Assembly (NCBI GenBank): GCA_965197745.1
Contig: CBDANS010000005.1
Span: 352,001 to 416,000, forward strand
Source: Opitutales bacterium
GTDB taxonomy: Bacteria; Verrucomicrobiota; Verrucomicrobiia; Opitutales; PNEW01
Length of the DNA stretch: 64,000 nucleotides
Direction of reading: 5' to 3'
Shown here: one piece after another, positions 33,141-44,638 of the stretch
Numbering within the stretch: the stretch's first letter is position 1
Layout: the number at the start of each line of letters is the position of its first letter
Notes under the pieces: generated by a model
What the model saw: only the letters and a program-made list of their open reading frames with translations
Database searches by the model: none
Told to the model about the DNA's origin: nothing
Position numbers and translations under genes: made by a program

Positions 33141-34436
33141 ATGCGGGTACTTAAATACAATTCGCCAGGCTTTTTAAATAAGCTGGCTCTTTTTTCCGAG
33201 AAGGTTAATGACGCTCCTCAGATTAGAGCTACCGTAGCCACTATCCTTCAGGCGGTGAAAAAAAGCGGAAATAAGGCAATCATTGAATATACCGCGAAAC
33301 TCGACGGGGCAAATTTAAAAAGCTCCAACTTAAGAGTTGCTCGCAGTGAGCTGAAGGCAGCCACCAAGGTAATAAGTGGCCAACAGCGCAAGGCGATTAG
33401 AAATGCCATGCTCTGTGTTAAAGATTTTCACCGGCAAAGTCTTCCCAAAAACTGGAAAGGAAAAAATCCACATGGGGCCAAAGTGGGGGAAATTTATTAC
33501 CCGATTAATCGTGTGGGAATCTACATACCGGGAGGCACCGTGCCGCTCGTTTCAACAGTTGTTATGACGACAACCCTCGCGCGTCTTGCCGGCGTTCCGG
33601 AAATTGCGGTTTTTACTCCCCCACAGTCAGACGGTTCAGTGAATAGCGGAGTCCTCGCCGCACTGGAGTTAAATGGGATCCAGGAGGTTTACCGTATAGG
33701 GGGTGTTGTGGCTATCGGTGCGATGGCTTACGGAACATCAAATATACCAGCGGTCGACAAGATATATGGGCCAGGAAATGCTTACGTCGTTGAAGCGAAA
33801 CGACAGGTTTATGGAATTGTGGGACTGGACCTGCTGCCAGGACCCAGTGAAGTCATGATTATTGCCGACGGCACCGCGCGCGCAAAATATATCGCCGCCG
33901 ATCTGCTTGCACAGGCTGAGCATGGGCCCGGCGAAGGGAAAGTATTTTTGACAACAAGCAGTATTAAATTAATTGAAGCCGTTCAGGCTGAATTTAGAAA
34001 TCAGTTGTGTCATCTCAATCACAAACAATACATTAATACAGTATTAAGAAAGGGAGCTCTTTCCCTTTTGGTAAAAAATTTGGATCAAGCGGTTGAAATC
34101 GCAAATTACATGGCGCCGGAGCATCTTGAACTTCATGTCAGTAAGCGGCACATAAATCCATTGATAAAAAAAATAAGGACTGCGGGTGCTATCTTTTCAG
34201 GAGACTACACCCCGACGGTACTGGGAGACTTTGCAGCGGGGCCGAGCCACGTCTTACCCACGGGCCGTACCGCACGCTTTTTGAGCGGTCTCTGTATTTC
34301 AGATTTTTATCGGCGTAGTAGCATCACAGAATATACACCGCGTAGTTTGGCCATGGCGCGACCTGTAGTTGAAGCATTCAGTGAGCTTGAACAACTTGAT
34401 GCTCATGGGCGCTCATTACAAATCCGTTTCGAGTAA
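33141..34436 (+). CDS. hisD: Histidinol dehydrogenase
   Basis: GIYIPGG, GPGNAYV, GPSE, DLLAQAEH, APEHLE, GPSHVLPT. Confidence 0.99.
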   Translation: MRVLKYNSPGFLNKLALFSEKVNDAPQIRATVATILQAVKKSGNKAIIEYTAKLDGANLKSSNLRVARSELKAATKVISGQQRKAIRNAMLCVKDFHRQSLPKNWKGKNPHGAKVGEIYYPINRVGIYIPGGTVPLVSTVVMTTTLARLAGVPEIAVFTPPQSDGSVNSGVLAALELNGIQEVYRIGGVVAIGAMAYGTSNIPAVDKIYGPGNAYVVEAKRQVYGIVGLDLLPGPSEVMIIADGTARAKYIAADLLAQAEHGPGEGKVFLTTSSIKLIEAVQAEFRNQLCHLNHKQYINTVLRKGALSLLVKNLDQAVEIANYMAPEHLELHVSKRHINPLIKKIRTAGAIFSGDYTPTVLGDFAAGPSHVLPTGRTARFLSGLCISDFYRRSSITEYTPRSLAMARPVVEAFSELEQLDAHGRSLQIRFE

Positions 34437-34526
34437 CCGTAGGAAAAATGGATTTACCGCGGTTAAGGTAATTAAAGCTATCCGCGTTGCATTAGGGTTA
34501 ATTATATTATAGGAGATCTGCCATAA

Positions 34527-35621
34527 ATGACCAGGAATGTTACAGCTTACAATTTGTCCCTGCCTCACATCCGTGAGCTCGAGGGATATGTGCCGGGCAT
34601 GCAGCCTCAGGATGATCGTTGGGTTAAGCTCAATACCAATGAAAATCCTTATCCGCCAAGCCCTCATGTAGCTGCGGCAATTCGCTCGGAGCTGGATAAA
34701 TTACCCTTATATCCGAATCCGGAAAGCACGCCATTACGCGAGGTGATCGCCGCAAAACACGGATTAAATGTGGACCAGATAATTGTGGGTAATGGTTCGG
34801 ATGATATCCTGAATCTCGTGGTGCGCGCTTTTTGTGGTAAAGATCAACCAGCTGCTTCCACTATTCCCAATTATACCCTCTATCCGGTTTTAACAAGAAT
34901 TCAGAATGGGGAGTTTAAGACGATTCCTTATGATCGCGAGATGAATCTTCCTCTTGATGCCATCGTAGGTTCCGAAACCAGTTTATTTTTTTTATCATCA
35001 CCTAACACACCAACGGGTGTTGTCCATCCCGTAAAAGATATCGCCGATCTCCTGGATCGCTATCCAGGTATACTGGTCGTGGACGAAGCTTATGCCGACT
35101 TCGCTAAAGAGACAGCATTAGAATTGGTTAAGCATTACCCCAATGTGATAATCACTCGTTCTCTATCTAAGGCTTACTCCCTCGCGGGCCTACGTGTCGG
35201 GTATGGATTGGCCGCGGCGGAGGTTATCAATCTCATGGACCGGGTGCGCGATAGTTATAATGTCAATAGATTGAGCCAGGCAGGTGCCATTGCTGCGCTT
35301 GAGGATGCTTCATATCATAAAAAGGTGATCAGTAATATCGTCAAATTACGTGATTCCTATATTCGTGAGTTTAAAAATCGAAACTGGTTTACCTACCCGT
35401 CCCAGGCGAATTTCATATTCACTGAACCTGTCAGCAGTGGGGGGATAAAGAGTCCTGAAGTAGCGCAATCCTTATTCGATTTCCTTTATGCCAGGAATAT
35501 CCTGGTGCGCTTTCTAAGCTCTAGTCCATTGACAGCGGGTTTTTTGCGTATCAGTATTGGCGACGATGCACAGATGCGCACTCTATTAGAAAATATAAAT
35601 TTATGGCAGAAGAACGTATAG
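34527..35621 (+). CDS. hisC: Histidinol-phosphate aminotransferase
   Basis: [35 protein letters not shown]. Confidence 0.97.
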   Translation: MTRNVTAYNLSLPHIRELEGYVPGMQPQDDRWVKLNTNENPYPPSPHVAAAIRSELDKLPLYPNPESTPLREVIAAKHGLNVDQIIVGNGSDDILNLVVRAFCGKDQPAASTIPNYTLYPVLTRIQNGEFKTIPYDREMNLPLDAIVGSETSLFFLSSPNTPTGVVHPVKDIADLLDRYPGILVVDEAYADFAKETALELVKHYPNVIITRSLSKAYSLAGLRVGYGLAAAEVINLMDRVRDSYNVNRLSQAGAIAALEDASYHKKVISNIVKLRDSYIREFKNRNWFTYPSQANFIFTEPVSSGGIKSPEVAQSLFDFLYARNILVRFLSSSPLTAGFLRISIGDDAQMRTLLENINLWQKNV

Positions 35622-36202
35622 CTGAGATTAAACGTGAGACGAAAGAGACTACCATCTCTCTTAATTTAAATCTCGATGGAGAGGGGAAATCAACGATTGA
35701 TACGGGGGTTCCATTTTTCAATCATATGATGGAATTATTTTCACGGCACGGACTCTTCGATGTCGAATTGAAAGCGACGGGCGATCTCGAGATCGACTAT
35801 CATCATGTAATCGAAGATATCGGCATTGTCCTTGGCCAGGCAGTGAAGGAAGCGGTTGGAGATAAACGGGGAATATTTCGCTATGGATTCTTCTTCTTGC
35901 CGATGGATGAGACCATGGCACGTGTCATTCTTGATATAGGCGGTCGATCAACACTCGTTTACCGCGTAGAATGCCGGGAACACTTTGTGCGCGATTTTAA
36001 TATTGGACTTTTAAAAGAGTTTTTTCAGGCATTTGCCAATAATGCAGGGGCTAATGTCCACATCAATCTTGAATATGGTCAGGAACCACACCATATCGCT
36101 GAAGCGATTTTCAAAGGCTTTGGTCGTACTCTAGATATGGCGACACGCATCGATTCGCGACAAGCGGGTAAATTGCCTACGACAAAAGGTAAATTGGATT
36201 AA
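35603..36202 (+). CDS. hisB: Imidazoleglycerol-phosphate dehydratase (monofunctional)
   Basis: RETKET, HHVIED, PMDE, HHIAEA, TKG; no phosphatase domain. Confidence 0.98.
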   Translation: MAEERIAEIKRETKETTISLNLNLDGEGKSTIDTGVPFFNHMMELFSRHGLFDVELKATGDLEIDYHHVIEDIGIVLGQAVKEAVGDKRGIFRYGFFFLPMDETMARVILDIGGRSTLVYRVECREHFVRDFNIGLLKEFFQAFANNAGANVHINLEYGQEPHHIAEAIFKGFGRTLDMATRIDSRQAGKLPTTKGKLD

Positions 36203-36301
36203 TAAAGTTAAAGATGTAAACTGAATGGGTTAAGAAAAGCAGGAAGTTATACTTTCTTTTTCTGATTTTACATTTTTGCTAGAAAATTCTTATTACTTTT
36301 A

Positions 36302-36940
36302 ATGAGCGAATTGAAGCCAGATCTGGCGATCATTGATTACGGCATGGGGAATTTGAGGAGCGTTCTCAAAGCTTTTGAGTGCGTTGGCGCGCGCGCGCGC
36401 TTAGTTCACAAACCTGAAGAAATAGGCAATGCATGGGCGCTCGTTTTCCCCGGACAGGGTTGTATTATTGATTGTATGAGCATGTTACATGACTCGGGTT
36501 TTGACATTGAGATTACGGAATGGGTTAGAGCTGATAAGCCGTTTTTCGGCATATGCCTGGGGTTACAAGCTCTGTTTGAATATTCGGAGGAGGGGGACAC
36601 TCCTGGCTTGGGGTTATTTTCAGGACGGGTGCAACGTTTCAAGCTGGGCTCTGAATATAAAGTCCCTCATATGGGATGGAATGTTGTTGAATTTATTCGT
36701 GATCGACCACCAAATGCGGGATTGCAGTCAACTGGAAATCAATTTTATTTTGTTCACAGCTACTTTGTCGTTCCTGCGGACCCTGAGATAATATGGTGTG
36801 AAACTGACTACGGCAGTCGATTTGTTAGCGGAATCGCACAGGGTAAATGCTTTGCCACACAGTTTCACCCAGAGAAAAGTCAGTTAAAAGGATTGCAAAT
36901 TTATCGTAATTTCGTCGACTGGGTCGTAAAAAATCATTGA
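36302..36940 (+). CDS. hisH: Imidazole glycerol phosphate synthase, glutaminase subunit
   Basis: [35 protein letters not shown]. Confidence 0.98.
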   Translation: MSELKPDLAIIDYGMGNLRSVLKAFECVGARARLVHKPEEIGNAWALVFPGQGCIIDCMSMLHDSGFDIEITEWVRADKPFFGICLGLQALFEYSEEGDTPGLGLFSGRVQRFKLGSEYKVPHMGWNVVEFIRDRPPNAGLQSTGNQFYFVHSYFVVPADPEIIWCETDYGSRFVSGIAQGKCFATQFHPEKSQLKGLQIYRNFVDWVVKNH

Positions 36941-36991
36941 TATAATTTTGTGGCATTGATTTTAACCGTAATTAATTTAGAAAATAATTAA

Positions 36992-38284
36992 GTGGATAAG
37001 GAAGAAACAGCTGTTTTAAGAATTGATGACAAAAACTTCACTTTCCCATTGATGGAGGGGTCAGAAGGAGAAAAAGCTGTTGATGTGCGGACATTGCGAG
37101 GGAAAAGCGGTTATATCGCTTTTGACGAAGGCTACCGTAATACAGGTTCTTGTAACGGGAAAATTACCTTTATAGATGGGGAAAAAGGCATTTTACGTTA
37201 CCAGGGTTACCCCATTGAACAATTGGCGGAGAATTCAAGTTTTCTCGAGACCTCTTACCTTATTTTATACGGTGAATTGCCTACTCAAACCCAACTGAAT
37301 GTCTTTCGAGGTAAATTTTCCGAAAGTGCGAATGTGCACGAGAAGATGCATAAACTAATTGATGGATTTCCTACTAACGCGCATCCCATGGCCATGCTCG
37401 CTGCGATGATTAACGCGCTCGGTTGTTATTACCCTGAGTTGTCCAGCAACGACAGAGAAAAGGAATTAGAAAATTTTGATGATACAGCGGTCCATTTGAT
37501 TTCAAAAGTGCGCTCCCTTGCAGCCATGGCCTATCGCATGAAAATTGGGCGTCCCTTCATGTATCCCAATACTGAATTGTCCTATACTGCAAATTTTCTC
37601 TATATGATGATGTCTGATATCCATAATCAGTTCACGGCAACTGATGAGGTGATTAGAGCGCTGGACTTGATATTTCTTCTTCATGCCGATCATGAGCAAA
37701 ATTGTAGCACCTCGACGGTTCGTATGGTCGGGTCGGGTGGGGCTAATCTTTTTACCTCTGTTGCATCAGGAATTAGCGCTTTGTGGGGTCCGTTGCATGG
37801 TGGAGCGAATATGGCAGTTATACAGATGTTGGAAAATATACATAAAGATGGTGATGATGGATCCCGTTTCGTTGAAAAGGCTAAAGAGGGTCAAAAAATA
37901 ATGGGTTTTGGCCATGCTGTTTATAAAAACTATGACCCACGGGCTAAAATTCTGGGTTTAGCGGCGGAAAGTGTAATGAAAAGCTTGGGTATTCAGGATC
38001 CCCTCCTTGATATTGCCCGTCATCTCGAGAGCGTTGCCCTTAGCGATGATTATTTCATTGAACGTAAACTGTACCCGAATGTAGATTTTTATAGTGGTTT
38101 TATTCTTAAGGCAATTGGCATTCCCCTTGATTTCTTTACGGTGATTTTTACCATTGGCCGAATGCCAGGTTGGATAGCCAATTGGAAAGAAATGGCAGAA
38201 GAACCCAAGCCCAGTATATACCGCCCCCGTCAAATCTACCACGGCCCCAAAGAACGCGAATTCGTCCCTATCGAAAACAGGTGA
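36992..38284 (+). CDS. gltA: Citrate synthase
   Basis: [34 protein letters not shown]. Confidence 0.98.
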   Translation: MDKEETAVLRIDDKNFTFPLMEGSEGEKAVDVRTLRGKSGYIAFDEGYRNTGSCNGKITFIDGEKGILRYQGYPIEQLAENSSFLETSYLILYGELPTQTQLNVFRGKFSESANVHEKMHKLIDGFPTNAHPMAMLAAMINALGCYYPELSSNDREKELENFDDTAVHLISKVRSLAAMAYRMKIGRPFMYPNTELSYTANFLYMMMSDIHNQFTATDEVIRALDLIFLLHADHEQNCSTSTVRMVGSGGANLFTSVASGISALWGPLHGGANMAVIQMLENIHKDGDDGSRFVEKAKEGQKIMGFGHAVYKNYDPRAKILGLAAESVMKSLGIQDPLLDIARHLESVALSDDYFIERKLYPNVDFYSGFILKAIGIPLDFFTVIFTIGRMPGWIANWKEMAEEPKPSIYRPRQIYHGPKEREFVPIENR

Positions 38285-38294
38285 TAATTAATTG

Positions 38295-38330
38295 AAGAGG
38301 GGTTGCTTTCAAAAGCGGTTTTCTTTTCTT
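38295..38330 (+). terminator. Possible terminator after gltA
   Basis: TTGCTT-TCAA-AAGCGG stem extended by G-U pairs, followed by TTTTCTTTTCTT. Confidence 0.4.
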
Positions 38331-38434
38331 AAATTTCCATCCGCATTCTCTACACTGCTGCGTTATAGATGATCCCTGGAAACAAACGGTGAATACTAAT
38401 GCTTCGTTTCTGCTCGATGGATATCAACGAAATA

Positions 38435-39214
38435 TTATGACTGTGCTTTTGTTTCTTCTGGAAAGTTTCTGAATACCTCTTCCAATTTTAAACCAGTCAA
38501 TTTTTTTATCCCGCTCAATAGTTTCCAGAGGGCCAATGCCGTTATAAACATACAGGGCAGAACGATTACCGGCCAACTCCAGAAGGTCATGCGTCCCAGT
38601 TCTTCATTAAATGCATTTGTTCCCGATTCACTATGGATGAGAAATTTTGCAAGAGTGAAATTGAGAATCGCACTTGAGAGAAATGACGATGATAGGAGCA
38701 AAGTGGTATTGAAAAGTAGTTTAGCGAATGAGGACTGCGTTTCCTGTTCATTAAGCGCAATCTCAACTCTCGCTATATTAATTACTTTTTCATTATAAAG
38801 GAGAACCCGAATTAAGGGATATGGGGTTTTTAATGAAAGCAGTATTGCCAGACCAATGATGGAAGGAATTGCCGCTTCTTTTATCGCAATCCAATCTTTA
38901 TCCAACTTCATTAATCCAACACCACCGGTTAGTAAAATACTGGCAAAGCTGAGAATAGAAAAGAAATTATATTTATGACGGAAGAAAAAATCGTAGATTC
39001 CATAAGACAGTGGAAATAACAGCGCGATGATGAGGATAATAGAAGGGTGGAGATAAGACCACCGGCCTCCTTTCATTAATATTATGGAGGGAATAATGAT
39101 ATTCAGTCCCAGATTGAGCCATATATTTTCATTGTCAGTCTGGTTTTGGAGTGGTTTCGCAGGGTGAGGTATGGTATTTTCCCCTTTTTCGTTGTTTGTT
39201 TTTTCCTCAACCAT
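38435..39214 (-). CDS. Multi-pass membrane protein (VC0807-like)
   Basis: About six hydrophobic helices; NIIIPSIIL, AIKEAAIP, FNEELGRMT motifs resemble the VC0807 family. Confidence 0.7.
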   Translation of the reverse strand: MVEEKTNNEKGENTIPHPAKPLQNQTDNENIWLNLGLNIIIPSIILMKGGRWSYLHPSIILIIALLFPLSYGIYDFFFRHKYNFFSILSFASILLTGGVGLMKLDKDWIAIKEAAIPSIIGLAILLSLKTPYPLIRVLLYNEKVINIARVEIALNEQETQSSFAKLLFNTTLLLSSSFLSSAILNFTLAKFLIHSESGTNAFNEELGRMTFWSWPVIVLPCMFITALALWKLLSGIKKLTGLKLEEVFRNFPEETKAQS

Positions 39215-39239
39215 CGTTATAAAAGTTCAGCAATTATAT

Positions 39240-39890
39240 ATGAAAGCAAGCAATATTCATTGTCTTATATCAGCAGGACCGACGCGTGAATATTTTGATC
39301 CGGTTCGCTTCTTAAGTAATCCCTCGAGTGGAAAAATGGGATTTGCCATGGCTGAAGCAGCAATGAGTCGGGGCTGGGATGTCGATCTGGTCAGCGGGCC
39401 CGTCTCACTGACGCCACCTGATGGAGTATCTTATTTCCCTGTCGTTTCTGGTGAAGAAATGTTTGATAAAATTGATTCCCTCTTTGATCGCTGCGATATT
39501 CTAATTATGGTCGCGGCGGTAATGGATTATCGCCCAAGCAATTTTTCCCGACATAAACTAAAAAAGACGGGAGCGTCGCTGACCGTCGAGCTGGATCCGG
39601 CTATCGATATCCTTAAGACGGTTGCCTCACGTAAAAGAGATCAAATTATAGTGGCTTTTGCTGCGGAAACAGAAAAGTTGGAAGCCAATGCAAAAATTAA
39701 ACTCCAGGAAAAAAACGCAGATTTTATTGTCGCTAATCGTGTCGGAAAAAAGGAGTCAGGATTTGAGTCGGATTCCACTCAGGTTACACTAATTTCAGCT
39801 GCAGGTGAAATAACGAATTATGGGCCTGGCCGGAAATTATCAATAGCTGAGAAATTGGTTGAACGATTATCAGTTGAATTAAATACATAA
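39240..39890 (+). CDS. coaB: Phosphopantothenate-cysteine ligase (stand-alone CoaB)
   Basis: [38 protein letters not shown]; no CoaC domain; ATG 39240 avoids the opposite-strand gene. Confidence 0.92.
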   Translation: MKASNIHCLISAGPTREYFDPVRFLSNPSSGKMGFAMAEAAMSRGWDVDLVSGPVSLTPPDGVSYFPVVSGEEMFDKIDSLFDRCDILIMVAAVMDYRPSNFSRHKLKKTGASLTVELDPAIDILKTVASRKRDQIIVAFAAETEKLEANAKIKLQEKNADFIVANRVGKKESGFESDSTQVTLISAAGEITNYGPGRKLSIAEKLVERLSVELNT

Positions 39891-39944
39891 AAAAAATTTC
39901 GTCTGGCTAAATATATAGAGTTAAAAGACAAGTAATACCTGGCT

Positions 39945-41129
39945 ATGTCACCAACTACTAAATCCAGTGCATTAGAAAAAGCATTAGGTCGCCTCGATGA
40001 CCTGGACTCCATCAGTCTCGCTAATCTGGTTCAGCGGTTGGTTCGTGAACGTAGTCTTTTGGAAACTGTTTTCAATACAATACGCGAGGGTATTATGGTC
40101 ATGGACCAAAATGGTATCATAGAATACGCCAATGCCGCTGCCGGCGAACTTATAGGTTTTTCTATGAAAGAACAGGGGCAGGCAGTGCTATGGAAGCTCG
40201 TTCCTGACCTGGCTAGGACTCTTGATATATCAAGTAACGGTGAATACTGGGCGGGAACTGCGGTTACTCGGGATATGGAACTCAGCTATCCCGAAAAACG
40301 ATATGTTCGTCTCTATTTGATGCCGATAAAGGAAGAGAACAATGATTCCACGGAAAGTAGAAACTACACCGTCATTATATCTGATGTCACGGAATTAAGG
40401 CATTCTACACATGAGCAGATTGAAAATGAGAAACTCTCTACTATCATTATGTTGGCATCCGGTGTTGCTCACGAATTGGGTAATCCTCTCAATTCACTAA
40501 CGATACACCTGCAACTTATCAATCGTGAGCTTGAGAAACTGGATGATTCTGCGTCTAAAGAGAAAATCAGGAAGCAACTCAAAGTGTGTAGCGGAGAAGT
40601 CAATCGTCTCGACGGGATCATTACACAGTTTTTAGAGGCCATTCGACCATCTCCTCCCGATTTTCAAGATCTGGATATTTTAAAATCTTTGGAAGAGGTA
40701 TTGGAATTCCTCGGTGAAGAGCTGAGTAATTCAGGCATCAATGTTGATGTTGAAGAACCCGACGATTTGCCTGTTGTTATGGCTGACGGCAATCAGTTGA
40801 AACAGGTCTTTTTCAACCTCATTACTAACGCTCGCGATTCAATGGCTAGCGGGGGGACATTGAAAGTGCGCGCTCGATGTGATGATGAGTTCGTTTATAT
40901 TCTAATCGGTGATTCCGGTTTGGGTATTATGGAAGAAAATATGAGCAAGGTATTTGAACCCTATTTTACGACTAAAAAAGGGGGACATGGATTAGGGATG
41001 ATGATTGCGCATAGAATTATGCGCGATCACGGTGGCCAAATTGGTATCGATAGCCAGTCAGGGATAGGTACTGTAATTACCTTGCAGTTTCCCCAGAAAC
41101 ATCGGCGCTTTCGATTGCTTGAGAGCTGA
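39945..41129 (+). CDS. Cytoplasmic PAS-domain sensor histidine kinase
   Basis: PAS (EGIMVMDQNGIIEYAN), H-box AHELGNPL, N-box, FEPYFTTK, GHGLG; no TM segment. Confidence 0.95.
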   Translation: MSPTTKSSALEKALGRLDDLDSISLANLVQRLVRERSLLETVFNTIREGIMVMDQNGIIEYANAAAGELIGFSMKEQGQAVLWKLVPDLARTLDISSNGEYWAGTAVTRDMELSYPEKRYVRLYLMPIKEENNDSTESRNYTVIISDVTELRHSTHEQIENEKLSTIIMLASGVAHELGNPLNSLTIHLQLINRELEKLDDSASKEKIRKQLKVCSGEVNRLDGIITQFLEAIRPSPPDFQDLDILKSLEEVLEFLGEELSNSGINVDVEEPDDLPVVMADGNQLKQVFFNLITNARDSMASGGTLKVRARCDDEFVYILIGDSGLGIMEENMSKVFEPYFTTKKGGHGLGMMIAHRIMRDHGGQIGIDSQSGIGTVITLQFPQKHRRFRLLES

Positions 41130-41251
41130 TTCTCCAACCGCTTACCTTATTTATATTTAATCACTTGCGAAGTGGGACATAATTACCCATCTTTTAGGGT
41201 GATCAGTCTGCACTGATTGAATATTATAGCATTGAAATCTATTTAGAAACC

Positions 41252-42637
41252 ATGCCAGCGACCGTCCTTATTGTTGATGATGAGAAACATACCCGTGAAG
41301 GATTAATGCAGGCATTAGATGACAGCTATGATGTCTATCTTGCCGCTAATGCCGATGAAGCGTTTAATCTGCTTGAATCGGAGGAATTTGATATCGTGTT
41401 AACTGATCTGAGGATGGCAGGAAAATCTGGAATGATGGTCATCGACAAGGCTTTAAACATGCCTGTGAATCCAGTTACGATCATGATGACGGCATATGGG
41501 AATGTGGAAACGGCAGTTGAAGCGATGAAACGTGGAGCCTTCGATTTTTTAACTAAGCCGGTAAATTTGGAGAAACTGGAGATTTTAATAAAACGAGCCC
41601 TGAAATCGCGTGAATTGGAAGAAGAGAATGTCGCCCTTCACAAAAGGCTCGACGAAAAATACAATTTTGAAGGAATCATAGGAAATTCAACGGCTTTACA
41701 GGAGGTTATAGAAAAGGTAAAACTGGTTGCCCCCACAAAATCAACTGTTCTCCTGGAAGGAGAGACGGGAACGGGGAAGGAGGTTATCGCCCAGGCTATC
41801 CATCAGAACAGTGACCGAGCGCGGCAGCCATTTATCGTGGTCCATTGTGCGGCATTACCTGCCAGCCTTCTCGAAAGCGAACTATTTGGTCATGAAAAAG
41901 GAGCTTTCACGGGCGCGATAGATCGGCGCATAGGCCGTTTTGAAGCGGCTGACAAAGGCACTCTATTTCTCGACGAAGTCAGCGAGATTGATCAGTCGAC
42001 GCAAGTTAAGCTTTTGCGTTTTCTCGAGACAAAAACCTTTGAGCGCCTGGGAAGTATCAAACCCATAACTATTAATATACGTCTCGTCGTGGCTACGAAT
42101 CGAAATTTAGAAAAGATGGTGAAGGACGGTAAATTTCGCGAGGACCTTTTCTACCGATTAAATGTAGTCGGTATTAAGTTACCTCCCTTACGAAGTCGTA
42201 GAGAGGATATCCCGCTGCTTCTTCAGGACTGTATTCGCCAGTTTACTAAAGAAAATGCTAGTGAACCAGTAAATATAGATCCTGGCGCAATGAAGGTCTT
42301 ACAGCACTTTGACTGGCCGGGAAATATTCGGGAATTACGCAACTTTGCTGAAAATATAGTCGTAATGAAACGCGGGGGCACTGTCACTGAGTATGATCTT
42401 GATCGAAAGTTTATACATGGGGATGATCGGTTTGCTGATGCTATTGCATTGGATAATCCCTTGTCCGTAGAGGAGAATGAAAAGAGGTTATTGCGAAACG
42501 CTTTGGCTGAAGTACAGGGAAACCGCACCAAAGCAGCAAAACTGCTGGGAATAAGTCGGCGCACCCTTCACCGAAAACTCCAGCAATGGCCGGAACTCGA
42601 TGTCTTAGATAACGGAATCAAAAGCAGGAGAGGGTGA
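41252..42637 (+). CDS. Sigma54-dependent response regulator (NtrC family)
   Basis: Receiver VDDE..TDLRM, GETGTGKE, GAFTGA, WPGNIREL, Fis-type HTH. Confidence 0.97.
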   Translation: MPATVLIVDDEKHTREGLMQALDDSYDVYLAANADEAFNLLESEEFDIVLTDLRMAGKSGMMVIDKALNMPVNPVTIMMTAYGNVETAVEAMKRGAFDFLTKPVNLEKLEILIKRALKSRELEEENVALHKRLDEKYNFEGIIGNSTALQEVIEKVKLVAPTKSTVLLEGETGTGKEVIAQAIHQNSDRARQPFIVVHCAALPASLLESELFGHEKGAFTGAIDRRIGRFEAADKGTLFLDEVSEIDQSTQVKLLRFLETKTFERLGSIKPITINIRLVVATNRNLEKMVKDGKFREDLFYRLNVVGIKLPPLRSRREDIPLLLQDCIRQFTKENASEPVNIDPGAMKVLQHFDWPGNIRELRNFAENIVVMKRGGTVTEYDLDRKFIHGDDRFADAIALDNPLSVEENEKRLLRNALAEVQGNRTKAAKLLGISRRTLHRKLQQWPELDVLDNGIKSRRG

Positions 42638-42745
42638 TAGCTGACCCCTCATGAGCTTTATAGGAACAAGCCTCAATTCATTGAGGAGAAATAAGTATAC
42701 GGCTTATAGCTTTCTTTTAATCGATTAGAAAGTTATCATTAACCT

Positions 42746-44557
42746 ATGGTAAATGTTTATCAACGAATAGTTTACTGGATCGATATAGGTCTGGGAAAAA
42801 AGATAACACAAGCTGTGGCCCTGGCTGCGATTACCGTTATTTATTCCTTTTATCACGGATACAAACGCTACAATGGCCCGGGACAGGAAGAAGTCATTGA
42901 AATGGCGGTTCTCGGCAAACAGCTTTCAGAGGGTAAGGGATTTTCAACCTCGGTGATTTACCCCCAAGCTGTAGCTTTGCTCGAGAGTAGAAAGAGCGAT
43001 TATGTTTATACAGCTGATGAACAGCACCCAGACTTATATCAAGCTCCATTATATCCCCTCATTCTTGCAGGAGGATTAAAAATAATGACACCAACAATGC
43101 GGGAAAAGATATGGAAAGATCCACTCAGCAAGGCCCGTGGTGTTTACCCGGCTTTTAACGGAGATTATTACCTTCTTGTTATAAATGTTATTATATTCTG
43201 GGTCGTTTGTCTACTTACCTACTTTTTAGGCCGTCTCATGTTTTCACCAATGGTAGGGTGGGTGGCCTATTTTGGCGTTTTATTCTCTTTAGGTCTTTGG
43301 GATAACATCCTTGCTGTATCTGGAGTGGTGGTGCTGATGGCATTGCTTTTAATATTATTTATCCTTTGGACCTATATTGAATATGCGCGAAGTGACGACT
43401 CACCCGAGCATTTGAAAAAATTTAAACCCTGGTTGTTTTCCTTAACAGGATTTATATTAGCACTACTTTTCCTGACTGAATACACGGCAGGATTAGTCGG
43501 CTTTATTTTTGCTGGTTATTGCCTGATCTTTTTTCGAGGGAGAAAAGAACTATTACGAACCCTGGGGCTAACCGTGCTGGTATTTACAATTATGATTTCG
43601 TGGTGGCTCTGGCGAAATACGGAATGGACGGGAAAACCCCTGACTCTTGCCGGCCAAAATATCAGCTTGCGATTAGGGGATCCAACCGCTGAGCCTGAAG
43701 AAGTAAAAAGGAAATTTGATCCTGAAATGCCACCATTGCGAATAAAAAAAGTCTTCAACAAAGGATTTAAGGGAATCGAAGATAATTTCAAAGAACTGAT
43801 TTGGAAAGGGGGAGGTTATATTTTCAGTGCTTTTTTTCTAGCTGGATGTCTCTATCGTTTCCGTCAGCGTTCAACGAACACGATGCGCTGGTGTGCCGTA
43901 TTGACCGTTGCTTCCCTGCTTCTGTTACAACCTTTCTTTAACAGTGGGCTTTCAATGAGACTACCCGCTTACTATACAACGCCACTAATCATTGTTTTTG
44001 GGTGTGGTTTTTTCCTCATCTTGCAGGAAAGTACTAAAAAGCGAAATCAATGGGAAAAACTGGGTATGATCGCCATTTTTTTAATCTTTCATAGCCTGCC
44101 TTTAGTTCATAATTTAAGTGAGCCCCGGAGGGTTCCATTTAAGTATCCTCCCTATATCCCATCGGTAATGGTTTACACGCGTACCGATTTAAAAACAAAA
44201 TTCCGACCGGGTTTTGGTTTTATGTCTGATATACCCGCGGGTCTTGCCTGGTATTCTCAGCAGAAAGTTTGGGCAAAACCTGACGACTACGGCAGTTTTG
44301 TAAATATATTTTTGCGACAGAATATCGGGGGGCTGCTACTCTCACCTGCAATACTCGACAAACCCTACTTCAGTAAACTCCTTCCCGCTAGTGCGGAATT
44401 GACGGGAGGGTTCGAGGAGACCCGTCACTGGGGTGATATCTATCGGGGTCTGGATCGTGGTAAACTTCCTGAATATTTCCCCTTGCGTATACCTTTTCAA
44501 TTAGCGGTTAATATGTTTGTTCTCATCAATCCACTCGCTACCCAGACTAACCGATGA
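42746..44557 (+). CDS. Polytopic membrane protein, probable GT-C (ArnT/PMT-like) glycosyltransferase
   Basis: Roughly 11 hydrophobic helices, APLYP motif in the first periplasmic loop, WxWRN motif; upstream of EPS genes. Confidence 0.65.
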   Translation: MVNVYQRIVYWIDIGLGKKITQAVALAAITVIYSFYHGYKRYNGPGQEEVIEMAVLGKQLSEGKGFSTSVIYPQAVALLESRKSDYVYTADEQHPDLYQAPLYPLILAGGLKIMTPTMREKIWKDPLSKARGVYPAFNGDYYLLVINVIIFWVVCLLTYFLGRLMFSPMVGWVAYFGVLFSLGLWDNILAVSGVVVLMALLLILFILWTYIEYARSDDSPEHLKKFKPWLFSLTGFILALLFLTEYTAGLVGFIFAGYCLIFFRGRKELLRTLGLTVLVFTIMISWWLWRNTEWTGKPLTLAGQNISLRLGDPTAEPEEVKRKFDPEMPPLRIKKVFNKGFKGIEDNFKELIWKGGGYIFSAFFLAGCLYRFRQRSTNTMRWCAVLTVASLLLLQPFFNSGLSMRLPAYYTTPLIIVFGCGFFLILQESTKKRNQWEKLGMIAIFLIFHSLPLVHNLSEPRRVPFKYPPYIPSVMVYTRTDLKTKFRPGFGFMSDIPAGLAWYSQQKVWAKPDDYGSFVNIFLRQNIGGLLLSPAILDKPYFSKLLPASAELTGGFEETRHWGDIYRGLDRGKLPEYFPLRIPFQLAVNMFVLINPLATQTNR

Positions 44558-44638
44558 TTATTTGATTGACGCATCGTGCTGGTTTTTAAGTAAATCAACC
44601 AGAGCTACTAAATTTACCCTGAAACTGACTCGCCATTA

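Noticed and set aside
36387..36400. (GC)n run in hisH
   Set aside because: Encodes GARAR in frame; short, with no evidence of phase variation
38336..38421. TCCATC..GATGGA and GCATT..AATGC pairing after gltA as a small RNA
   Set aside because: Short stems and no SRP or riboswitch core motif on either strand
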